Shown here piece after piece: positions 25,901 through 35,638 of a DNA stretch of 64,000 nucleotides. How positions within the stretch are numbered: the first letter of the stretch is position 1; every line of letters starts with the position of its first letter. The translations under genes and the position numbers were made by a program. The notes under the pieces were generated by a model that was not told the origin of the DNA, searched no databases, and was given only the letters and a program-made list of their open reading frames with translations. The stretch covers positions 127,718 through 191,717 of the forward strand of contig DF237064.1 in the NCBI GenBank assembly GCA_000708835.1, given 5' to 3'. The stretch comes from Klebsormidium nitens (Eukaryota; Plantae; Klebsormidiophyceae).

Positions 25901-28900
25901 CCAATGACGCATCTAGACTTTGGCATTCCTCTTTGCAGCGCCGGCGCAGAGACTTTCACGGTCGGCCATAACCCATACCGCAACCCCATGGTCATGGACG
26001 CCTCCGTAATCCTTCCGAGCAAGCGCCCCCAGTTCCTGTGCGAGAAGATGATCGGCGTGGATGCTCACGAGCCGCTCGCGCGGCTGGCCAGCATGGGCCA
26101 CGTGGTTCGCGGGGAGGGCGCACACGAAGCCGGGTCCAAGTTCCACGACCTGGACGGGCGCACTGTCGGGGAGCATCTGATGCAGGAGGGATCAGTGCAG
26201 CGCGCCCGTCGGCTTACGGTGAGGAAACCTGGTCACTTTTTGATTCAGAGTTTGGGGTGTAAACGAGTCAAGGTGGTTTTTGGTGGGCTCATGGGTCACG
26301 TGGTCCGCGGGGAGGGCGCACACGAGGCGGGGCCAAATTCCACGATTTACACGGGCAGACCGTTGGGGAGCATCATTTGATGCAGGAGGGATCGGTACAG
26401 CGTGCGCGTCGGCTCACAGTAAGTGCTGAGGGCCATCTTTGGTAGCTCCAAAGTTCTGGCGATTTGGACTTGTAAGTAAGCGTGCGCGCGCGGCGACTCA
26501 CAGTGATCCAGTTCTGTGCTTTGACGTTTCAATAGTACGAGTTTGCGAGACTTTCCGCTCGCGGGGAGGGCGCACGAGGCGGAATTAAAATCCCCATGAT
26601 TTGGACTGGCGCGCCGTTGGCAAGCATATGATGCAAGAGGGGTCGTTGGCTCACGGTATGTGTCGTGTTGCCAACAGTTTCTCTCGTTTCACGTTGTGAT
26701 GTAGAGTTCCAAAGTGTTTGGCTCGCCAAGACGGTTGACGTTGACTTTCAAAAACACGCGAGATGCCTGCTCCGAGTCCCATGATCTGACTGGGCGCAAT
26801 TTCGATGCGCGGCTGCTGAATGGAAAGTGCGGCGCGCGGAAGTGTGAAGCCTCGGAGCAACCGCCTTTACCCGTTGCGGGCGAGATTTTCGGACATACGT
26901 TCTCGTGTCCAGTACAACGAGCGGCAACTCTTCAAAGCCGTTCCTGTTGCAAGTTGTTCACGAGATCAACACGGTCATTCTGTCGCCATCAAACTTCTGA
27001 CTATATTTGGGAGATGGTACGTGATTTTGAGAATACAATTATGGAACCCAAGTCATCTGAAACGACTCTGAGAGTGTACATGTGCCGTCGCTGTGTGAGC
27101 CAGCTGTCGAAGTTCAAGTCAGCGACCCGGGGGCGTGACCAGGTTGTTTTTGCTGATAGGGCGGTCACATATGAATATTTTCGGGGTGCACCGTCCCTCA
27201 AGGACCGAAATTTCGTCCCTCGGGGACCGAAAACCGGTGATTTCGTCCCCCAGAATTTCAACTCGATATTCTGGGGGACGGTACGCCCCTCACGGACGCC
27301 GGTAAAAATACTTATGGAGGGTTGGCGGTCACTACTCGGACAGTCTGGCTCGCCGTATAATCCGGGAAGCTTCAGATTTTCGCGCGATGTGTCCCTGAGG
27401 GAAATATGACCAAAGCAGATTCTCAGGGAGCAGACGCTCCCTCAGGGAACACTCCCCACTTCCCCAAGAACTCATATGTGACCCCCCTATGAGATGGTAT
27501 TCAAGACTGAGATGGTATTCAAGACTGCCGTAACGAGCGTGTTTGTTTCCAGTTACGCTGACCATCTCTATCTCGCTTTTGCCTGCCAGCTGTCTATGCT
27601 CGCGCACGGTTCTCACCAGATCGACTCGGTGGAAGCGGGCGACCCGGGGAACCGCGAGCAGATCCTGTCCGCGATGGAACTAGACGTGCGGCGATTGTTG
27701 GACAGCCAGTCGCCTATGGAAGAATTCACCGAGAACCGCTTCCTCTCCCTCGAGCGCTACATCGCATTCCTGGTGAGTAAATAGATTGTTGTTCGAATCT
27801 GCTTTGATACTGCTCCACTTGCTTTTCGGTTCACGACTCACGAGGTTTGGACGTACCCACAGTCGATGCTGCTGACATTCCCCCGAGAAATTCGTTTGGA
27901 GTCGTAACCACGACTCCTGAGACCACGACCAAGCCGCGGATTCGGATCTGCTTACCTTCATTATACAGGTACTTGCCTTTTTTGCACCCTTTCTTATCCT
28001 TCAGGGCGACTTTTATCCATTCCCCGCCCCCAGAAGCTGAAATACGAAACTTTACAAGCGTTGGATACATTGCCGTACACCCCCGACCTTTCGAACTACC
28101 TACATCTCTCAGGTGACGTTTCACGCGATGGCGCGCACCGTGGCCTCCCTGTGGTCCCTCCGCTTGACGTGTTCCGGGTGCCCTCGTTGTATCTCTTAAC
28201 CATGTGATATTTACCATCTGACACGCAATTCACCTCTAGACCTTAAGAACAAGGGACTGTTTCACTCCCCAGGTAGCCTTCCACGCAATGGCGCGAACCG
28301 TGCTTCCCTGTGACCTCTCCGCTTCGACCTGTCCCGAATGCCCTTGTAGTCTTCCTTGTGCGTCCTGAAATAAAGCTTGAATGGATCTCTCTCTCCCTCA
28401 AACTGCGCCCATCATACCCGACTCTAACAAACACCCTGTTCTCAGTAGCAGTAAGCATCGAACTTGTTTCTTTTCCTAGGTGACCTTCCACGCGATGGCG
28501 CGAACCGTGGCCTCCCTGTGGCCCCTCCGCTTCGACGTGTCCCGCAGCCAGAGCTGCCTTCGCATCGCCACGACCGCCGCGCCGGTTTCCGCCGCCGATC
28601 TGGAGCGCGAGTGGCTCGAGAGCGCAACGGACCCGGACGAGGGCACCATCCACGTGCGCACGTTGCGCAGGCGGCCCAGGTCAGTCATCCCTCGAGCGTA
28701 TGCATTCCTTTGGTCACTAAATCAGTTATGAGGAAGAAGCAACAGGCCCATGTTCGACTGCGTGTGTATACTCCAACCAACCTCGGCAGACTATACTGGG
28801 ACGTACCCCTGAGATGGTTGAAGAAGATTGGTCAAGCCAAGGCCGCCACTTTCGGATTCGCACCGCCTAAAAGGCACTTTTTGTGGGAGTAGAAAGCCGG

Positions 28901-29672
28901 CTCCTTCCTCCCTTCTCTTTGTTGATGTCCCTTGTCCTACGTATTGTCTTCTACCTTGTCATCTCTTCCTCGTGCAGCACTGACGTCCACGTGTCCCCTG
29001 TGCAGCTTTTCGGGTGCCGACCAATACCCGGACCGCCACACGATGCCCTCGGTCCGGGGAGCCGCCCCGCTCTTCGCTTCCGTCCTTTCCGGCTTCCGCC
29101 GCTCCCCTTCCGCCTCCAAGTCCCCGCTCCTCGAGGGCGGATCCCAACGCGGGTCCTCCCAGCGCAAAACCAGCTTCGACCTCAAGGATTTGTCTGCACG
29201 GGGGGGGAAGCACGCGGGCGCGGTTCTACCCCCCCTCCACATTCAAGATGTCTCCGTTAAGGGGGGCACGGCCCGGCTGAACGTTAGCCCCGGAAGTTCG
29301 TTGAGGGGGGGCATGTTGGGGTTACCGAGCCCGGCGGTACACGCAGGGGGATCCCTCCGGGGGGGGAACGCAGTTGCGGGGCTGGCCCTCTGGCAGGGGG
29401 GGTCCCGGAGGGGAAGCACCGGGGGCCTGAGTGTGTTGGACGTGTTGCGAGAAGGGGCCTCGGAAACGGCCCTCGGAAAGGAGGAGCGGAGCCCGAGAAG
29501 CGACCGGGATAAGGAGTTGGCGGGAGCGGAGGGGCAGAGGGTGAGAAACGGACGAAGCGACGCGTTGCGTGCCAATTATGAAGACGGGGGTGCGACGAGT
29601 GACGACGCGCGCGATGATGGGGAGAGGGGGCCCGGACGGAGACGGAAGGGCAAGCCCGTGTTGGATTCTTGA
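10984..29672 (+). CDS. Large membrane-anchored GlmS-like protein: HExxH (M50/M50B-like) membrane domain + class II glutamine amidotransferase (Ntn) + SIS + TM insertion + degenerate second SIS + low-complexity tail; 27 exons, ~1670 aa
   Basis: Exons: 10984-11547, 12149-12340, 13059-13169, 13799-13987, 14389-14541, 14883-14999, 15419-15577, 16204-16305, 16737-16934, 17523-17660, 18197-18333, 18619-18793, 19284-19388, 19688-19910, 20389-20596, 21048-21182, 22004-22134, 22546-22594, 22983-23176, 23638-23773, 24145-24208, 24529-24599, 25106-25237, 25939-26218, 27590-27772, 28480-28679, 29006-29672. All are GT-AG and phase-consistent, totalling 5013 nt. Motifs: VHEWAH, CGNFG, RGGQSGG, GHTRFATS, HPH, HNGD, IAISQSGQT. 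The start codon is the least certain part. Confidence 0.85.
16566..17460 (+). repeat. Cluster of intronic exon-echo copies around GlmS-like exons 16737-16934 and 17523-17660
   Basis: Acceptor echo 16570-16611 (ggtgcag|GCACTCAAGGCGGCAGTGCTGAGC). Donor echoes 17004-17070 (ends gtgagc) and ~17148-17205. Acceptor echo 17361-17460 (tgcgcag|GGCTCGTTCGGACTGGCGGTGTGCTGC), 150 bp before the real exon start. Confidence 0.9.
21276..21905 (+). repeat. Exon-echo copies: two donor-side copies of exon 21048-21182 and one acceptor-side copy of exon 22004-22134
   Basis: 21276-21337 (TTGCCAGCGCGTGGTCTGGACC...GCAAG|gtaagg), 21556-21616, and 21803-21905 (tttgcag|TGTGTCCTGTGTTGCCGCCCACGG...GCCAAGCAGAACCGGG). Confidence 0.88.
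23941..24004. repeat. 29-bp tandem repeat (2 copies plus a partial) in an intron
   Basis: GCGCCATTCACGTTCCTTCTGTAGTATAA / GCGCCATTCAGGTTCCTTCTGTAGAATAA / GCGCCA. Confidence 0.9.
24953..25037 (+). repeat. 84-bp tandem duplication of intron end, acceptor and first bases of exon 25106
   Basis: TTCCTTGTTGATGTCT..ATCTTCGTCAAGCAAC occurs twice. tttgcag|GTTTACCCACCGC (25022) mirrors tttgcag|GTTCACCCATCGC (25106). Confidence 0.85.
26286..26800 (+). repeat. Donor-side echoes of GlmS-like exon 25939-26218
   Basis: 26286-26424 (ATGGGTCACGTGGTCCGCGGGGAGGGCGCACACGAGG...CGGCTCACA|gtaagt), 26557-26664 (ends GGCTCACG|gtatgt), and fragments near 26480 and 26770. Confidence 0.9.
27157..27489. mobile_element. 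Putative MITE (~330 bp) with 16-bp terminal inverted repeats and TA target-site duplication, in a GlmS-like gene intron
   Basis: Left end TA|GGGCGGTCACATATGA (27157-27174). Right end TCATATGTGACCCCCC|TA (27472-27489), one mismatch. Internal hairpin GTCCCCCAGAAT...ATTCTGGGGGAC and repeated GGACCGAAA/TTTCGTCC motifs. No transposase-like ORF. Confidence 0.72.
28105..28345 (+). repeat. Two acceptor-side echoes of GlmS-like exon 28480-28679
   Basis: ctcag|GTGACGTTTCACGCGATGGCGCGCACCGTGG (28113) and cccag|GTAGCCTTCCACGCAATGGCGCGAACCGTG (28274), versus the real cctag|GTGACCTTCCACGCGATGGCGCGAACCGTGG (28480). Confidence 0.9.
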
Positions 29673-31387
29673 GTGAATCGGCATGTCACGAAGCGGCTGC
29701 CATTTAATTGGTTGCGAAACGGAGAAATGCAATTATTGGGTTCCCATATTCTAAAAGGCTGATAATGAATACTCTAGTAACTAACGAAGGCAGATAATCA
29801 TATTGAATGGATCGGGCCATTCTTCAAAGTACCATCACCTATCCAACAGAATGCTAGACGGACAAGTAAGAGGTTTAAGGTGGAAGAAGCTACATTCGAC
29901 ATCGGATCGAGACTTCAAGAGTTTCTCAGATATATGCAACTGAATCGACGCCTTCTTCGCGTAGGTTGACATTATAACCTTAGTATACTCAAGTTGCGGA
30001 TAAGTTCAATTCAAAGGAATTGAACCAGGAAAACAAAAAGCAGCTCAAAGGACAATCTATTTCAATTGTAAAATCTGCATTGTGACTCCTGATTCCGACT
30101 CGTTTGATGCAGAACTGAACTTGATGTTCTTCCAACTAGCTCTTCAGGCTTCGATCCTAGCTTCGTAAATGCCAATTGCCATGTCGTCCGACTTCTGCAT
30201 GTAGTTGATTGTAAGCATGATGACGGTACTACTTGCCACATGGGCGGCCGACGAAATTGCATAAGTGATAAGATATGTTAAAAATATATCTTAATATATC
30301 TTATCTTAAAATTATAAGCCATGGCCCATCATGTATTTGGGAACGTACTGCAATCGGATAATTAACTTGAATTCAGATTCGTCATTTGAACGTCTTTTCC
30401 ATGTTACGAGCATAAGCTCATGGGCTAGCTAGGCCATACATCTAATCAGTGGTTGAAGCAAGCACGATCGGACTTGATGTTGCTTACGGCGTAGAAGCCT
30501 CTAGCTCATGAGTACGCCAGGACTTGTCAGTTGGAAAGTTGTCCATTGGTCAAATTTGCCAGTTGCAACCCGGCCCATGCAGTCGCACAATCTTTGCGCG
30601 GTCTGCAGATCGATATGTTTACCTACTTCCACGCAGATCGGACGCCACGCAGAGGGCTGAAAATACTGTGGGACTGAAGTTCTCCTCAGTTTATCAGTGC
30701 TTCGACTACCGTACCAACACGCCGGTTGGGGATCAAGTAACTAGGTCGGCATTTTCAATTCTGCCCAAAACTTTCAATACGGTACTCTGAATAGTCTTCC
30801 ATACATTCTGCTCGAATTTTCAAATGAATGGAAATTCTACTATTATGTTATATCTTTGATCTTCTTCAGCTGGTGGAAAAAAGTTTTTTTAGCATATATT
30901 CCAGAAAGTTTCAAAATCCTCAGAAATTCCAGAAGGAGTTGCCCAGTTTTCAAACCGTACGTCACTAATCATTGGGCTTTTTTCCAAAGAGCCCTTACCA
31001 AACCGTCAATCACTTTGATCGGACGGTGATTGTGGGTTTAAATCGTTGCATGATCTTCTAAAGATCCCAGGCATATGTAAATTGACACTTGGCAGCTCCA
31101 TGATTGGTGGCCTTATTCTCGCCTTTGGTGGGGTGGTGCTTAGTGCTGCTGCTGCTGCTCCTCGGCCTGCTCTGGCTTTGCTGTGTCTAAATTGTAGAAC
31201 CCTTGCTTTTCTGATACGCCTTTCATCAGCAACTTCGGGTTTGGCAGCCGTCTGCAGGAGCTTGGCTGTTTGCAGCTCAGGCACAACGTTGAGGAGCTTG
31301 TAGCTGTCGTTGGAATTGCCAGACCTTCTTTGATCCTGATGTTAGTGGTGGTTAGCAAGGGCGCGCTCAACGTAAGATCAGATGAGG

Positions 31388-34300
31388 ATGTTGCGCGGTT
31401 ACCTGGAACTGAGAGGAACCATTTTGTTCCGCTTGCCTTTGTTGCTCCTGCTGGTTTCTGTTGGTCGTACAAGGGCGAGCTCCGGTGACAGAAGTGAAGA
31501 CTTCAGGTAAGATTTGTTTCCGTAGATCTGTTCATTGACTGGAAAAAAGTTTGAAACTTCATCATTGATGCAGCATTTTGTGACCTGTTTCAAAACAGAG
31601 ATTGAACTTTTATGAAGTCCTCTGCTTCGATGTGTACCTTTTGGCAAACTCTGCTTGTGAAAAGGCAACCAATGTAAGAGAATGGGGCCAACGACTTTCT
31701 GCCAGACTGCCAAGCTTTTGATTTTTAGGGTTTCGGTCCAAGGAGCCGTGTTATAGCGATTGTCCTTTTGCTACTCGATGTGGGCACACCTTTTGTTCAG
31801 TAGGCTGACATACTATTGCTTGTCATCTAAGAGCACACCACTCAGGTTGAATTCAGAGAGCTCACATCAATCACCCTCCCATCGGCTGGCGCTTTGAATT
31901 GGTTGGCGCTTTAATTTGACTGAGGTATTTACTCACTCTCTCGAGAATCGCTTGGTTTTGGTTGTCTACGCACCTCTATTGAAGGACATTCTGTTCGTTT
32001 CGGAATTGACCAAGGATGGTTTGCCGCTCCATAGTGAAAGTCGCTTGAGGGCAACCAAACTTTTCCACAGCAAGTGTTTCAAACTTGCGATCAATGAAGT
32101 GTCATCTCTCGGTCTTGCAGCGGGTGCCTCGCCAACTGCCGAGCGAGTGGGTGCGCATTTCTCTCGGCTCAAGCGACCAAAGGCGCCAAAGGTTCCACTT
32201 GCATCCCAGATTGCATACCGCCTGCGAGCGGTGAGGCCGGTGAGGGGGGAGCCGAGAGCAAACTGCTTACCACCGCTTGGGAGCTGCGGGTGAGAGAAGG
32301 TCGCTGTAGAGTTCCCTGTATTGTATCGGTAGTTCAAAGAGTCTAGATTGCTCAACAAAGGTCTTCAACGTCAAATGGAACTCCAGGTTGGCTTCTGAAG
32401 TTGTACGCTGCGTGTGCACGCATCTTCTCTGTCGTCAAGGAAAATGTGCAACTGTTTGCCAAGATCGTTACAGGCGAAAGGATTTTGTATAGCCAACTTA
32501 AACCTCGTTCAATCGCTTCCGTTCGTGATGCACAATTGTTCAGCGCTCGTTTTGAGGATGGACTTTCTAGATAGGGTGGAAGATGATGCTGTGAATAGAT
32601 GGAATACACAGTCGTTTTTTGATTAAGGATCGACGCATTCCCTCTTAAAGACTTATTCCCTGACATCTCCAATTTGACTTGAGCTCCTGACTCCTGCAAA
32701 GCTGCGTATGCGCACTTCGATATTCTACAAAGCCACCATGTTACGGCCAGCGATGGATCCAAGTCCGATTCCTCAAAATCATTTGTTTTGATCCTTGTCA
32801 GGCGCTGCGATGGACGTGCAACAGCGAATGCAAGTACCAGTGCATGGTCCAGCGGGAGGCCGCCAAGACCGGGGCTGCGCCTGAGAAGTACTATGGAAAG
32901 TGGCCGTTCAAGCGAGTGCTCGGTGCACAGGTGGGGGCACAATGCAAGTCATGCGTTTTCTCTCCGACCAAACGGGTGCTGTTCTAGTCATCGTTGTCCT
33001 TGACTTTGCAGTAGCTTGATGCGTTGTGTGTCCTCCTCGTATGCCGGTGAAGTTTCTTATCAACTGGTTTTTGGAGAAGGAACGGTGCGTGTGCTGCAAG
33101 CCAAGGACCATTGGTGCCAGTAACTGGATTAGTTCTACTTTCTTTGCAATGATGTCGAGCACCGAACATCAATCGGTGAGGAATCGGTTGCTGGTTCCCT
33201 AGAACCGGACCGAAGGCGGTCGTGGGCTGCAAATCTGCGGGATGCTTGCCTCGTTGTACGCTGCAGGAAGAACCCACTCCCTTTTGCTGAATGGAACGGT
33301 TTCGCTTCGATCTTTGCGTTCTTGTGGAAGACCCACCGAAGCTTAAATCTGCCAGGTGAGAGACGAGCCTTCAGATCCTCTGTGGTTGACCAATCCGAAC
33401 GCCAGCGATTGTTCCCGTCCTTGCAGGAACCCGCTTCCCTCCTCCTCTCCCTTCTGAATCTTCTGGCGCACGCGTATGGCCTGCTCAGCCTGCGGCGCAC
33501 CGTTGCGCGGCTGCCGCTGGTTGAGGGCCGCGCCGCGTATCCGTACACGGGGCTGTGGCACTTGTATGCAATTTTCAACATCAATGCCTGGCTCTGGAGC
33601 GCCGTATTCCACGCCAGGTGAGGATCAATTGCTTTTTGGTGAATTTGAGATTCCGCAAGGATAGTAGGTGTTTCGGAAACTTCTGCTTCCAGAAAAGTGG
33701 GGCAAAACGCCGTCGACGTAGGGCCAAGTATCGAGAAGTTCATGCGTAAGGGCGTGTCTGAGCGCTTCGGAGGGTATGTCATGCAGTGCTCGCAGGACTT
33801 CGGACTGGGTTGTTTTTTATCAAGCTCGGTTGAAAGGCAGACAACCAAGGCTTTGCCAGCATTTTCAGGTAGGGTAGACCTGAATAGAGCCGTATCAGTA
33901 ATGGTTTCTGGCAGATATTGTCGGAGGGAAGACGGCCAAGAGTGCGCTCTGGAAGCACCTCCACCCAACGTTTGGTTAGGCAAGCCTCGTGAGGAGGCGG
34001 TCTGTGCTGGACCAAAAAGCGAGACGCCAATCTTCAAGTATTGCAACCGGTTAGCTGTTCTGGCCGCCCAGAACTGCACGAAAGCCATCAAAGATCTTCT
34101 CTGAGATCCTCCGAAGTATCACACTTTTGCAAGCTCTGCAATGACGGATGTGTAGCCCTTTCTGCGTAACGGCTTGACGTCGCTGCGAAGAAAAGAGCTT
34201 GTGAGTCCTGTCTGAACCTTCTTTGGCAAAGTAATGAGGTTCGCTGGGGCAGTCTGCGGACCTCGGCTAACAGTTTTTCCTGCCTGAGTAGATACTGACA

Positions 34301-35638
34301 CGCAAGCAGCACTGATGCTGGTACCTGAACTTGGCGGCAGCTCAAAAAAAATCCTTTCAGGTCCTGTTCGGTCACATCCTCGTGGTTTCGGAGTAGGAGT
34401 GACTCCATTTTGTTTAAGGTTTCGTCAGAACGGCAATCTTATCAGCTTCCGGGGACCATCTGTTGGCCCCGAAAAGACTTCATCGGTCTGTCCTGTTCCT
34501 GCGTAGGTTGGGCAAACGGTTTGGGGCTTGTCCCCCATTGTGATCTGCAGACGAGAGCCCCGACCGGTCTTTGCAATTGCAGCAAGGGGACACGTGTCGT
34601 TGAGTCTCGTCAATTGCAAAATCAAGGGATCAAAGCTTTGCGGCATTCGCGGATGCAAAGTGAGAGTTGATGACCGTTCCTAATGCGTTACAGGGACTGC
34701 AAGGTAACGGAGCAGCTGGACTACTACTCCGCGGTCGCGCTCCTCGGCTTCTCCCTCATCGTCGCACTGATCCGGGCGCTGGGGCTCCGAACCGAGGCGG
34801 CGCAAGTGACCGTGTCCGCGCCAATCATTGGCTTTACCACGACGCACATCTTCGCTCTCATGACCTTCATTGACGACTACTGTGAGTTTTTCTACCTTCT
34901 TTGTTTCGTGGAGCTGTGACGCGAGCAGTCGAGAAAAGTTCTACCTGATTGCAATCACGAGTCGAGAAGTGGAACAAGAGAGTCCTTTGAAGTGAGCAGA
35001 CTGCCAAAGCAGTCGCTCCACGACGAATGTGGTGGTGTTGCAATAGATTCACGAAAGTGGTCACGAGCGATTTTGCACTTTGACAATTGCATCCAACATT
35101 TTCGAGTCGCGTACCTTAGGATCAACGAACACAGTTTGAGGGTGCTTTTCTCTCGTAGTGCCTTTCGACCTTTCATAATTCAGCTTGGCGTGGCTGAGCC
35201 TTGTGTAATCGGCCCTTGTTAATTTCCGCCCTTCGATAGAAGATGCAATCGTTGATTCTTCTATCCGTACTCTTCGTTACACTTGGCAACCGCTTTCGTC
35301 TCGCATAGCCACCGTCCGTTTCTGCAGCATGGAACATGAAGGTCTGCCTGACGATGGGCGCACTCCAACTTGGGACGTGGGCGATTTGGGGCGTTCGGTC
35401 GAGACACCCCAGTCTTCTCAAGCTGCTCGTTGCAATCTTGGGGGTTGCTGGTGCGACTGCGCTCGAGGTGTTTGATTTCCCCCCTTATTTTGGAGTTTTT
35501 GACGCGCACTCTCTGTGGCATGCTGCGACGGTGCCACTTGTGCTACTCTGGTGGAGTTGGGTCAACGATGATGCTCGATACGTCGCTCAAAAGGCTTTGA
35601 AAGGCAAAGACGTGGCAGAAAAGGGCAAAACTAGTTAG
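31388..35638 (+). CDS. PGAP3: Post-GPI attachment to proteins factor 3 (Per1-like), multi-exon
   Basis: Signal peptide followed by ASSGDRSEDF, then CLANCRASGC, CNSECKYQCM..KYYGKWPFKRVLGAQEPAS, NAWLWSAVFHARD..TEQLDYYSAV, and LEVFDFPPYFGVFDAHSLWHAATVP. Stop TAG at 35636-35638. One small internal exon may be unresolved. Confidence 0.95.

Noticed and set aside
26714-27409. 231-aa ORF in the GlmS-like gene intron as a possible extra exon or transposase
   Set aside because: Exons 26218 and 27590 join in phase without it. It runs through echo fragments and the MITE, and shows no DDE or other motif.
30440-30510. WLKQARSD(L)DVA resembling a HEPN-domain helix
   Set aside because: It needs a frameshift, hits stops immediately, and no downstream HEPN motif follows; too short to support.
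33135-34091. Longest ORF in the track (318 aa, minus strand)
   Set aside because: It lies antisense across a PGAP3 exon and introns, has a non-ATG start and no recognisable domain; most likely a chance or shadow ORF.
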